A stretch of DNA of 64,000 bases. Origin: Phoronis australis (lineage: Eukaryota > Animalia > Phoronida). The notes beneath the pieces are model-generated. The model ran no database searches and was not told where the DNA came from. It worked only from the letters and a program-made list of their open reading frames with translations. The DNA lies in the NCBI GenBank assembly GCA_002633005.1, contig NMRA01000155.1, positions 179,844 through 243,843 of the forward strand, in the 5' to 3' direction. Positions 1 to 12,000 of this stretch are shown piece by piece (the first letter of the stretch is position 1; each line of letters begins with the position of its first letter). Made by a program: the position numbers and the translations under genes.

Positions 1-2132
1 TCCTACTTTCAGAGACTGGTATCTTGGCAGAAGGGTCTATGATGGGCTTCATTAAAGGAAAATTCTACAACAGGTGCACTCCGGTTCACGAGCTTCTTGC
101 TAACGTTTTGGAGGGCAAGATGTACCAAAAATTTCTGCATGACTTGGCTCCGGAGGAATATGAATCGTTCCTTACGGTAATGACCGCAGTCCCTTCAGAT
201 CCAGAACAAATAGAGGCAAACCTTGATGATCCTGTGATCACTCAGCATCTCCAGACGTATGAAGATTTCTTTCACACAGTAAATAATGTAAATATGGCAA
301 AACTGCTCAGTTTTGGGCAACCTACATCTTTCACATAAACCGCGCGCACATAGAACTCCAGAGATGGGTCAGACCAATGACATCAGTGGTTATATCAACA
401 TTTTCCCGACAATGCTAGATGTATTCTTTGCCCTGAACCGCCCAAACTATGCCAGATGGGGATCGTTGTTTTACCAAAAATTGAAATTTGCAGACCCACA
501 ATTGTGCGAAGTGCTGGAAAACGGAGCGTTTTCAGTGCGACGTACTAGGAAAAACTTCAGTAGATCGGCTGTTGACCTCTCGTTGGAACAGTCCGTCAAC
601 AGGGATGCAGCATCGAGCATGGCAGGGCTAGTGGCTTTCAGCAACTCAGAGAATGCAATGCGTCGATGGTCCCTCTCTATGACATAAAGGGCAATGGCTG
701 TAAGTGAGCTTAGGACATTTGCAGGACATGTATGCCATAACAGGGCCTAATCAAACTATGCGACAGAGCTCAAAAACACTTCTGAACAACAGCGCGTTCA
801 AGAAGGAACTGGCGAAGTTCCTTTTGACGGAATGGAGAAAAGACCATTATTGGCCTAGTTTGGTGGGAGAACCTTGTTTGTTTCCCACGGTGGTGACTGC
901 TACCAGTTCTTTCCCGACGATAACCACCAAATCATGGTGGCAAAACCTGCCCATCTCCAAGGTGACCGCGAGGAAGCTGATACGCTGATTGCGTTCCACG
1001 TCGCAAACATTTCAATCGGTCATGTTATGGTGAGGGTTTCAGATACAGATATTTTAGTAATCTTGCTTGGTACACTCGGACAACAGCGGCGAGAAATAAG
1101 ATCCACGTCCAACGTTGTCACGCACTGTGAGATGGGAAGTAACAGAAGATTTATCAACATTTCCGACATAGCAAACGTTCTTGAAGAGCGCAAGTACGGA
1201 CTTCCCAGAGCAATGCCTGGATACCATGCCTTCACTGGATGTGAATACACATCTGCCTTTTATAGGTATGATATCGAAATCTTGATTATTGCAGTAGTGA
1301 CAAGAATTGAATGAATTCGATTGCAGTGAGGAGAATTGGTTGAATTCGATTGGCTGTGATTACGTCTGCCATGTAAATGAAGTCTAAGTAACGTATAATG
1401 GTTGCCTCCTTTAAATAAAAAAGATTTCTGTTATGAATTAGTTGTACACGTCATTCCTTATTTTCCAGAAAAGGCAAAATCATACCCTTGGACATTACTG
1501 AAAGATTCATCAATATGTTCACTAGTTGTGGAGATGTGCATGGCAGCATCGATGTCGGTTTAGTCGCTGAATTCGTATGTCACATATTCGCAAAAAGTAA
1601 GCTCAAAGATGTTAACGAGGCCCGGTTCGTCAAACTTATGGACATGACTGGCAAAGTTGCTGAGGTATGTAGTGATAACTTGAAAACAATATAAATATTC
1701 GATCTGATAATTTTTAAATACCATCAATGTCAGCTATGCTTATATTTTTAAATTTCCTTTCAGGAGAATCCACTCGCAAATTTAAACCGAATTGACTGTG
1801 GGTTGCTTCCACCTTGTCTCCGTAGCCTGCAGATGAAGATTCGCCGAACGCAGTACGTCACAGCGCTTTGGACCCGTGCCGCGACAGCATATCCCGGGGA
1901 TGGACTGACACCAACTGATTATGGTTGGCATGCAACTGAAACTCACACACTTCTGCCAGTTTGGTTTTAGGGGTCCATTCTTCCTGACATATTGTTCAGT
2001 TCGAATGCAGAAGTCAACAGCAGTAACATTGGGAATGAAGCAACCAGCATTAGAGATAGTTCTTCTGCAGAACAGTCAGATTCCGAAGATGATCCATGGA
2101 GTGAAGACTCCGACTCTGATGAAGAGGATTAA
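1..2132 (+). pseudogene. Disrupted Academ transposase-XPG nuclease gene with two spliceosomal introns
   Basis: ORF pieces 24-338, 313-687, 704-988 and 874-1314 are broken by frameshifts, a stop at 685-687 and a probable internal deletion near 730. Introns 1266-1468 (restores FYR|KGK) and 1665-1763 are both GT-AG. Last exon ENPL..LLPPCLRSLQMKIRRTQY..W..PTDYGW..acidic tail, ending TAA 2130-2132. Confidence 0.8.
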
Positions 2133-3579
2133 TTATGGCACTTTGGATTTGACTAAAACATGCACAGTGAATAAGTTGGCTCATTGGAATGAGATGAATA
2201 TTGGTTATAGCAATAATTCTCCTTTTATATTTTTGTGTTTGTTACCCATGTATGGTGTTCTCCAAAAAGGGTGAAAAAAACTTTATGGCACCTGACATTT
2301 CGTTCATATAGTCGTCTTAAAGCTGTAACGTAAATTAAATACACTGTTCATGTTGCGAACTTGTTATTCACATTGCTCGGGAATATCGAGTCCTAATAGT
2401 TTTTCAGTTAAGTTAGTTTGATGAGCATTTTATTTGCCTGACACAGATACTCGGACAATAGAACTGTTCGCTTTATGTCTTAATGGTGCAATTAAAACAC
2501 GTTCAAATTGATTATCTATGGACATGGTATACGGTGCTCAATCATCCTTGCGACGGCCCCAAGAATTCATATTGGGTGAGGGGGTATGCAATCATTTTGT
2601 ATCATCTTTTTTGGAAATCGTGACTGGTTTGCAGTTAAACTAAATAAAGCTTCCTGTTTATGTTTCACCAATTTATTTTTATTATTACTAGAGTATGTGC
2701 ATTTGAATAGGGAGAGTGGGGCATCTCATAAAATGTCAACCGGGCATGTACCAAATCTCCACTTGATATTGCCTCACAGCGTTGTTGCTTGTGGAATGTT
2801 GCTGGGCATTATGCAAATGGTTTCAAACGGTTACCTGGTGGGTTGATCTACCTCAACTCGGGTATTTGGGCGTGTCTGGCGGGGCTAACCCACCNTTGTT
2901 GATTAAGTCATAGAAAGTACATACTTTGATCATTGTCATGTATTTGTCTCATACTGCTTGATAAACGCTGTCCGAATAATCTATTATTTTCATACAGTCT
3001 TTGTGCACATTCACAGGGATCATTCAACTATATTGTATTTGTACTATAACGTATTTCTGGTGTATTATGCAAAAAAGCTGTATTTTACATCATTAGTCAA
3101 TGTTTTATCATTGAGGCACACATTTTGCCCAGTCTCAAGTGTTTTGTGTTATTTTTGTTGCCTGACAATGCCAGAATAACTTCCTAGTAACATTCAGACT
3201 TAGTTTGCATTTTTGCCACTAGGTGTCTCTTTAATTTTTTTAAATTCCACTGTTTACAATTAATCTACAATAGTAAAACAAGTAATGTGAGTGTAATATT
3301 GTTCAATACAATGCCACTGATGGAACCATATTACTGGTTTTACAAAAAAGTCATCAAAACTGTTGTTTTTACAAATATAAGTTTACTAAGCTCTTTGGTG
3401 ATTATTAGGTAACTTCCAACTCAAATTTCTCAAAAATGTGCAACTTTATATATGGGAACTTTTTAGATTTTGAAAACACTCTAATAAATGAATTAAAAAA
3501 CACCGAAATAAAATTGCCCCCCTAAAGTACTCACAAAAACCATTTTCTAGAGGCCCTACAAAATCTGGCCCACCGACTA
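1..3579 (+). mobile_element. Academ-superfamily (AcademX) DNA transposon, right portion; left end lies outside the window
   Basis: Transposase motifs NYARW and GAFSVRRT..FSRSAVDLSLEQSVNRD, followed by XPG/FEN1-like motifs EEADT, SDTD and YHAFTGCEYTSAF. The right end reads ...GGCCCACCGACTA at 3579 (TAG on the minus strand), the typical Academ terminus. Unrelated host sequence begins at 3580. Confidence 0.8.
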
Positions 3580-3850
3580 AAAATACATGTATGGACAAAT
3601 GTCAAAGCCTTACACATTCTTATCGACAACCATGGCCTGAGACGTAATCCTCACAAACTTCTGGTATTGTGAAGTTAAGCCAAGTACTTCCAGCCTCACA
3701 GAAGAAGTGTTGCGCCTTATAAAAATCATCTGAGAGCTTGCGGTCGGAATAGCAGAGAAGTTAAGCTACCCTTGATTTAGAAGAATGCCCAATGACTTTC
3801 TCAACAGGGGACGTTTCCTCAAAGCTTGAAAACGACTTATCAGAGCAAGA
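3580..3850 (-). pseudogene. Pseudogenised exon 1 of a PARP12/ZAP-like paralog, cut by the Academ element
   Basis: Minus-strand translation VIGHSSKSRVA*LLCYSDRKLSDDFYKAQHFFCEAGSTWLNFTIPEVCEDYVSGHGCR*ECVRL(frameshift)HICPYMYF aligns with VDGSCSISSVARLLVYPNNTLPNDFFEETPLFRKPAGG..YTIPKVCEDYLTAEGCNDECERLHICPYF of the intact gene. Confidence 0.85.
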
Positions 3851-3901
3851 AAACAGTGTTATGTAAAGCCGGATTACAGCACTCTTCGGTTAAGTACGCA
3901 C

Positions 3902-3968
3902 TTTATAATAGTGCCACCTCATCAGCATTAACTTCGAAATGACGTCACCTTGGATTTCCACTTTCTCT
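3902..3968 (-). promoter_or_regulatory. Relic promoter of the paralog: TATA-like box, CRE/ATF site, kB-like site
   Basis: TTATAAA on the minus strand at 3902-3908, TGACGTCA at 3940-3947, TGGATTTCC at 3951-3959. Same GAAA-TGACGTCA-CC..GGA..TCC layout as 21131-21161. Confidence 0.6.
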
Positions 3969-4549
3969 GCGCATATATTCAGCTCACATATAGACAAGCC
4001 TGATCAATAAACATGTACGCGCCATTTGTCTTGTGAATGAAAAGTGACCCGAACTAAAAGAATGGCGCACTTAACATAACCGTTTTCATATTGTCTTACA
4101 TTAAAATTTTGAATAATGTCTACCTTATTCAGATGTAAGTTTGTATTCGTAGTTGAACTGCTGTGTGCCAAGTCACCGCGACTCAAATATTCCTTAAAAT
4201 TGTATCGCATTTGAAGACTTCGTTTAACCGCTTGCGCTGTGTGTTTTATTTTCCTGTCATTCTATCTTTAATGTTACCTATTAGAGTGACAGGCTTTGAC
4301 ATCTCGGTTCATTTACATCTGGAAAACCTAACAGCCGGCCAACCTGACTAGGTGACAACAGTACACTTTATGTACTTGTGTGTGATCACTATTTATATGT
4401 ATGTATATTTGGGCGCACACAAATGACAGTATACGAAGTACGGTAGGCTTTTCTCACATTAGTCATCGCTAGCAAACAAACAGCAGTCTAAGAGCGCCCG
4501 ATGGCAGTTAGTTTTGAAAATTCGGTGGCACTCAAGGTGGAATTAAACA

Positions 4550-4967
4550 CGTTTATCTGCCACTGATGTCAAAGAATTAAACTGAATAAATTACCAATGC
4601 CAGAGCGTTAGTTCATGAAATAGCTATTTTGGCAATTTATGACTTCTAAATCATAAATTAATTGAAGCAATATCATACTGTTATAATGTATTATGAATAC
4701 TAATTATGGAATGTGGTGTTTTAAATGCCAGAAAGTTTACTCACAATGTATTTTACGACTTAAGCTATCGATGTGATTTCCCCAAGAAGAAATTTCTTGA
4801 TTAATTTGTTCTAAGAAATTTAATTTTTTAACCTTACTTATGCCAGTACATTTAAACGAGATACTGAAATTACCTATAGATTTATGACGGGAATCGAATA
4901 CCATATTTGAATATGTTGAGAAATAACTTGTTTGGAATAAGCCATCATCACTTCTTCCAAGCTGACC

Positions 4968-5003
<36 letters not shown>

Positions 5004-5022
5004 TGTATATATACAATATATA

Positions 5023-5059
<37 letters not shown>

Positions 5060-8000
5060 CTGTATTTAAACTCCTGAGTTGTAACACCATTCAGGAGTTA
5101 GAATGACCAATGACAAAAAAGAGGAAAATTTTTCCAGGTGATGAATCGTTCCACAAATACATGTACATAGGCTTGTGTGATTTAAATATTTTTGTGTTGT
5201 ACAATTCAAGTGAAATAAAGGTTTTTCCGTGTATAAAGTCAAAATAATGATAAAAAGAGACCAAAAGAATGGCAACTGGAAATTAAATAAGAGGAAATCG
5301 AAACCAAAAAAGAGGCAATCATCTTTAAAGAGGAAAATTAATAGCCCTGTATAATTGCCATTGACTAGAGTTGTGCCCAGTGCACATGCGTGTAGAATAG
5401 AGTAAAATAGTCAGTGCACTGTATGTATCTATTTTTTATTATAGTGACAGGGATGCATCGCAGAATGCACCACCAAAACAAACAAACAAACTACATGCAA
5501 CACATTTTAGACTTATAAGTCACCTGAATACCAACTAACACCCAAGCGGTTATACACAATATACATGTACTAGGCAATTCCTACGACAATCTAGTGACCT
5601 ACATATAATCTAAACGCCATAAGAGTTTCCGGGTAATTTTATTAGAAACAAGTCTAGAAGGGAGCATTATTTTAAACTATATATGGTACAAATGAAAACA
5701 AAACGCATCCTGTCTTTTAGATTACATTCTTTACACAATCGTTCAATTAATGAAGGTCCCGAACTTACTTTCCACAAACTGCGACTCAGATTGTATATAC
5801 AGTGTAATAACGAAACAATTCTAAACATGAACGGCAGCCATAAATGAATAAATTTCCCTTAAATAATATTGAATGATTAATTGGATCAAAACCTTTAAAA
5901 GATCAAATAAAACTGCCACTGGCGTGTTATATTACATACTTTTAACAATTTTACCCAAATTTCACCCTGCGCCAACTGTGCAGAATACTCTTTACGAAAT
6001 TGATAAGGTGAGGAATTAAATAAACTTTCTAAAACCTTAGTAAATAACTGAGTGTAAAAAGCTTTTTTAAAATCGTAAAAACACGAAAACTTGGAATAGG
6101 ACCATAAACTCCAGCTGTTGAGTAACACTTTCTAATATAAAGACAAGAATCTCTTCTGCGATTTCAGTTGAGCAGGAAACAGGTGCTCGAAAATTAATTG
6201 GTCTATCATAACACACAATGGTTCAATTAATGCATAGATATGCCATCGTGTCCGCTTGTCAGATGGGTAAAAAATTGCCTAATATTTTTCACTTCACTAG
6301 AAGTCGCTGGCTGCAGTTTAAACTCAACTTCAGCGCTTGCTTTTAAATAAGAACGAGGAGTATTGTTGGTACATGTATTAGTTGTAAGATGTTTGCAGAC
6401 TTCTGTAAACTAATTGTGAAAGCCATTTCACCATGATCTTATAATTCTTTATTATTTTCAAAAAGTTTGGTTAAAGAATTTCCAATATATTTTTTAGTTC
6501 GATAAATCTTGGTTTCCTTCCAACTTTTCTTTTAGTTAGCAGACAGTTTATTAAACAAGGACAATCAAGAGTCATGTTTAGCATATTTTATGGTCCTGTT
6601 CAAGAGTGCATTGTACGTTTTAAGATTCAATTTCATTTTGGCAGCTGCACGTCATTACCTAATGGTGTAACTTGTCTTTGACTTTAGAGATATTCATAAT
6701 ACCTTGGGTGATCCAACAGTTGTTTTTATGTTTATATTAATCAAATTATTTTTCTTATGTAACATAATTTAAATTTGATTATGCAATAGCATTAATCAAT
6801 TTCTTATCAGTTTCATTTGATCAAATCAAGCTGTCCCATTAAAGAGTTCCCACCATGTATTTTCTTAGTTTTTGAGGTTTCAGTTAGCTAATATGAAATG
6901 AATACCATGAAATCTAACTAACTTAGCACTTTTTACGCCAAATAGTCGAAGTTTTTTAACTTTGAAGAAAATTAGTTACTTCCACGTTTCCCGCCGAATG
7001 ATGTACTGTGTGGAAGACGTTTGGTCATTTGACAATCAATTGCAGGGCAGAACACAGCAGACCAGAAGACGAGGACGATTTTGTGCGAGAACTGGACAAT
7101 TACCATGGAGACAGGGCGGACAGTGGATACAAATATTACACTCAAGTACTTGAAGAATCAGACAATGAATAGACTTCCCACTTAGCGAACTTTCTTCCCC
7201 TTTGAGGCCGTATGAACTCAACACACTTGGACTAGGAATTCTGCAGACATATGTTAGCCACAACCAACTGAATCAAGGGGTGTTCAATATTCACAAAATA
7301 GACACTTAGTAATCACTTACAAAGCCCATAGTAAACCTGAGTCACTAGTATTCACTATCGCCATGATAGAATGAGCACAGTTTAAACACAACGCGTAAGC
7401 GTACGTGTCGTAGCACTCCATATGGGCCGGGGTTGAGGGTTTGACAACTGGCATCACTCACTCTAGAATGGAGGAAATTTGTTCGTTATTTACATAAAAT
7501 TTGCAAATACACTTTTATCGTAAAGCCTCTCATATACTTGGTCGAAACACGATTCCTTGAAATGTTCCGAACAAAGTGTGGTTCCTGACTGAATCGCATG
7601 TTCCACACTGACATTCTATACTCTCCTGCTTCGCGTAAGCCAATGCCATTTTTGTGCAACCTTCACAAATTTGAACACATACTTTCTCAGTCAAAGTTGC
7701 TGTTCCTATAGCCTCCACAAACGCACGTGTCCTTTTCATGTCTAAAAAAGACTGCTGTCCGCGGACTTTCCTCACAACTCCTCAGTATCGCACTGATAAA
7801 AACAACAACGGCGGAGACGGTCTTCCACCCATCACGTACAGCCCGGTAACAGAAAGATATTTTTTTTAATTTTTGGCTCGTTTCTTAGCAACAGGTATAC
7901 TAAAGGCTATTAAATCTCATGAGATGTATCAATAAAATACTTTTCTGAGACGCAGGGTCATGGTAGGAACTTTTTTAATTTACAGAAGAGTTTTCATGAT

Positions 8001-8400
8001 AAATCTTCTGTAATATGTTAATATTACTTTCGTGCTTACGTATGCATATGTATGTTAAGGACGTCCGATGGTATTGTAATTTTTGTTGATGCAGATGAAA
8101 AATGACAGATGATTAGATATGTTTGACACAAAAAATGCCAGATTCTGAAATTAATTGCTTGTTTTACTGAAAATATATTATTAATCAAAGTAGTAGTAGT
8201 CTCAAATAGTCTGGTTGTGTTAGTTATAGTAGGCTTGAATCCGCACATAGATAAAACGTTTTAATATTTCGAATACAAATTTCCACTGCTGAAGATTTAC
8301 GATGAGACCTCTGCTAACAGAACGGATGAATTGTACTGGTTTAGTTTATGTAATACACGAATTATAACATCAATAAAGGTGTGTAGATTAGTGTTAAAAT
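4550..8400 (-). mobile_element. Highly decayed CR1/L2-clade LINE (APE endonuclease and RT relics), interrupted by other insertions
   Basis: PTITNTTR..TTTTLINNIF (8150-8245, resembles APE PTR..T.IDNIF); YDFKKAF and YQFRKEYS (5980-6080, resemble DFSKAFD and QYGFR..HS); KLNFLEQINQEISSWGNHIDSLSRKI (4750-4835, resembles the RT C-terminal FLG..D..LSW..HI). Boundaries are approximate. Confidence 0.65.
4969..5056. repeat. (TA)n microsatellite with TACATTG/TACAA interruptions
   Basis: Directly visible dinucleotide run. Confidence 0.95.
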
Positions 8401-8600
8401 TTTCCTTAGGCGGTTTGAAAATATTCCCCAAGACTATTCGCTTATTACTTATTACACCATTGACTGATACGAAAAACGACTCAAGAGCATTTTTATGTTA
8501 ATAATTTTGGAATCTAATGAGTTCCCTCCTTTGCTTCAAAAATTATTTGGGCGTACCACACCCTCTACACCCCCAGAGGTTAGGCCCTTTGACTCTGTAT

Positions 8601-9021
8601 CTAAATGTGATCATCATCATCCTCATACAGGATCAGATACTCAGGATATGTTTGTTCTTGAGAAAACACCACATGTATTTTGGCGTTGAACACGTCATCA
8701 ACAACTGAGTCGTATAACTTATTACGATCCCTTGACTCGTCAATAGGGGGCGGTCGGAGCATGCTGCTATCTCCATTTGTGTATTTTCCAACAAGAACCT
8801 TAGCCACGAACAGCGCTTTGCAATCTGTATAATTCTTAGAATAGCTGGCATTGCAGTGGAAATATGACCCTTTCCCGTATTTAGCCCCAATCCGAGTCCC
8901 AGTCAGACGCCAATCGAATCCCTGCTCACAAATGGCATTCAGAACGGCATATGGTGCTCCATGGAACAATCGTTTTTCATTTAATGGTTCAGCATCCCGT
9001 TTACGCATCTGGGCCCGTTGC
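8601..9021 (-). CDS. PARP12: PARP12-like terminal exon: ART catalytic core
   Basis: EKRLFHG...GFDWR...YGKGSYFH...YDSVVDD...YPEYLILY; acceptor TTTTCAG; stop TAG at 8601-8603. Confidence 0.92.
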
Positions 9022-12000
9022 CTGAAAAGAATCCGTGATTTGATGTATTAGCTAATTAAAGTTAGCTGTGTGTCTGCACCAGTGATTCAACGTTGAAATT
9101 GAAATACTTAGCTAATTAAGTTGCGTTTCCAGAGATACTGTATACATGTACATGTAGTGCAACATATAGAGGATTTTTCAACCTAGAAAACATTTATTTT
9201 GCTATAAAGCACTCTAACACATTTGCAAAGCAGAGTAAAGTGATTTTCCTTTTCAACGGTAGGCAGCCCCACGATTGCCTCCATTCAAATTTTCAAAAAC
9301 AAGTTTTTCCATACCACTCCGAAATATTTACCTAAGATGCACACCATTACGTGGCTAAAAGCAAAATTTTCAGAATAAAGTGACCACGCGGTGCACTTGG
9401 CAAGATCAGCTATTTCAAGCTTAAAATGTCTGATTGATGATTTACATCGTAAGAATAGCAGTAAGATATACTAATTGCTTACAAGGAGTACTTTTCCCAC
9501 AGACGCTCGTTCTGAATACGCTGTATATTTATAATCTTGTTGGGCATGGTTTGGTGAAACAGTCGCTTAACTTCTCTGTATTCATCCGCGGTCTTACCAT
9601 AGCTTGTTACCTTGGTGAAATTGTGAGAATAAAGACAACACGAATTCAGTGGCCTAAACGAAAAGAATGTTTGCAGTACAAGTGAAAATCTGAGGAAGTT
9701 CCAAGCACATCATCGGCAATGCAGACATGAACGAACTTTCAAAACGAATTCCAAACGGTTTAGTCTTGAAAGACAAAGCTGAGAAAAAGTGCAAAAGTTA
9801 GTTTGTTGAACTATATACATGCACCGACAATTTAGTCATTTTTTCTGGATTTCATCAATGGTGTCACGATTTCAGTGCTAAGAAAACAAATAAGTAAAAT
9901 ATTCGGGGAGTAATCCCACGCATACCTGTACAAGCAATTTTTGCTGTCCCTTCATTGGATCCCAGTGTGTCGGCAACACACCTCCAGGTGAGGGTGTCTT
10001 GGTGCTGAAACGTACAGTGTAGAATGGATTCGTGTTGAGAGAACCCACTCACTGTAAGGTTATGTACATGAAGGACTTTATCGACATGTTTATTTTGCCA
10101 AATATCTACATAACCACAGACTTTAATTCAGCAAATGTACAAAGGAATCATGTATAACTTAAACTCTCCACTTTATACCATTCTGCTATTAATTGGATAA
10201 CATGATCAGGTCTTTTTAATTATCTTTAGCAGAAAAGGAAGGTGCATCCACAGCAAAACGACGGTATCAGCAACAACCAGATTTATCCCCTATAATTGTT
10301 GAAGATGAGATCTCAAAACTGCTGTTACATTATTTGAAAATGTCATTTCGTTTTCATTTTATTCAGCTTTAAATGTTTTAATGAAAGTCATAAAAGTCTT
10401 TTCGATAACCCTCATGAAAAAGAGGCACATTTTAAAACAATTCTGAAAGCGCATAGGAGAATATTGCATAATGTTTGGTTTCTGAAAGGTTCATGTAAAT
10501 CTGATCAGCCATATCATTGGTATTTTTCTCACCTTTCCTTTTAAGTACAGAAAAGGGCTCTGTCCGTGGCAGGAACCAGTCCTAAGCATATGGATAACTG
10601 AAATGTCAAGGCAGCTGTAGCCTATAACTTCCGTGAGGGTGGAGAGCTACTGACGTAAATAGAGTGGAGAAAGAAATATGTTTCTCACTTTCGAGCTACC
10701 TCTACAATGTTTTATTTATATTACTGTTTTTTCTGGTTACAAGAAAACGCACCTGGACATTTCATCCAAAACGGTTTCCACCGGACGTCGTCGTACCTCT
10801 CGTTTCGTTCCGAATCTAGAAAGGAAACAGTTGTCTATAAAACTCGTATGGCATTTCCAGACAGTTGTATTGAAACATATGCTGCTGCCATAAAATCTAA
10901 CTTTCCTGGTGGCGCACGTCCATGTTGTTAAACTGTTAAAAATATGCACTGTAAAACTTAATCAGATCAAATATTATTACTTTATACCATTGAAAAATTG
11001 CGAGGTATAATTTGATAAAATTTTGAAACCGTGAGTGGATACAGTGTCTTTTGGGAAAGATCCGTCTAACTGCAAGTTGCATTTCACCCATTCTTGGTGG
11101 CTCAGTAAAAAAAGAAAATTGAATTATGCATTTTATTATCATAAAATCGTCCAAAAACTAGTGCGTATTATGTATCCTGTTATCAAGAAGAACTTGCAGA
11201 CTTCAACAAGTCGAGAAACTATTAGAAAATAGTCGATTTTAATAGGTTGGTCAACACTGAAAGTCAAAAGTCATGGCGCGTAGAGACTTTCGTTCCAGAC
11301 TAGATCATTCAGGAGACATATCAATGACCACTACCCATGATTACATTGCAGATCATTTATCATTTTTGGCGCAGGGCAAAATACATATTGTACTATATGA
11401 ATATAATTTTCTGACACTCCTTCAACGATACAAAGTCAAAATGAAGAGATAAATCCACATGCTGAATTTTTTGTTTCGAACAACACGTACCGGATGTTTT
11501 CTTGCATCATTTCTTTAAAGTTCAGTCTGTACTTGTGATGACCAGTTTGGAAAACTATTTCACTTGTAGAATCTTCTAAGAACTTTTTCTCGATGTCATC
11601 CGACGATATGTCAGATGCGTCCTGGGCACCCTGCGGAATGGGAGAAAACGTTGTTTTACGTGACCAAAACTTTCACAAGAACTCTAAACATTGTCACTGA
11701 TATTTCTTGTCAGCTCGTAGGGAAATTTTAATTTTATCCAGACAAAGTGTCGACATCCGAATAGTCACCGTTATTCTATTGGAGTGTCTCATCCCTCAAG
11801 TCACCCCTATAGGGAATCAAATAACAGTAATCAGTAGTTCACGCCCGATATTGATGATTATAGTGATCAAAAAATACTGTTTATATCTGGAGATGCTCAT
11901 GACGCCTGAGCGTTAATTTTGAAGGATTTATTCTACAAAACACTGTAACCACGGCCATTGTTTTAAACTTAATGAATTCAAGACCATTGTTGCTAAATTC

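Noticed and set aside
4737-5090. ORFs with IYIYIY runs
   Set aside because: Artefacts of the (TA)n microsatellite over a LINE relic.
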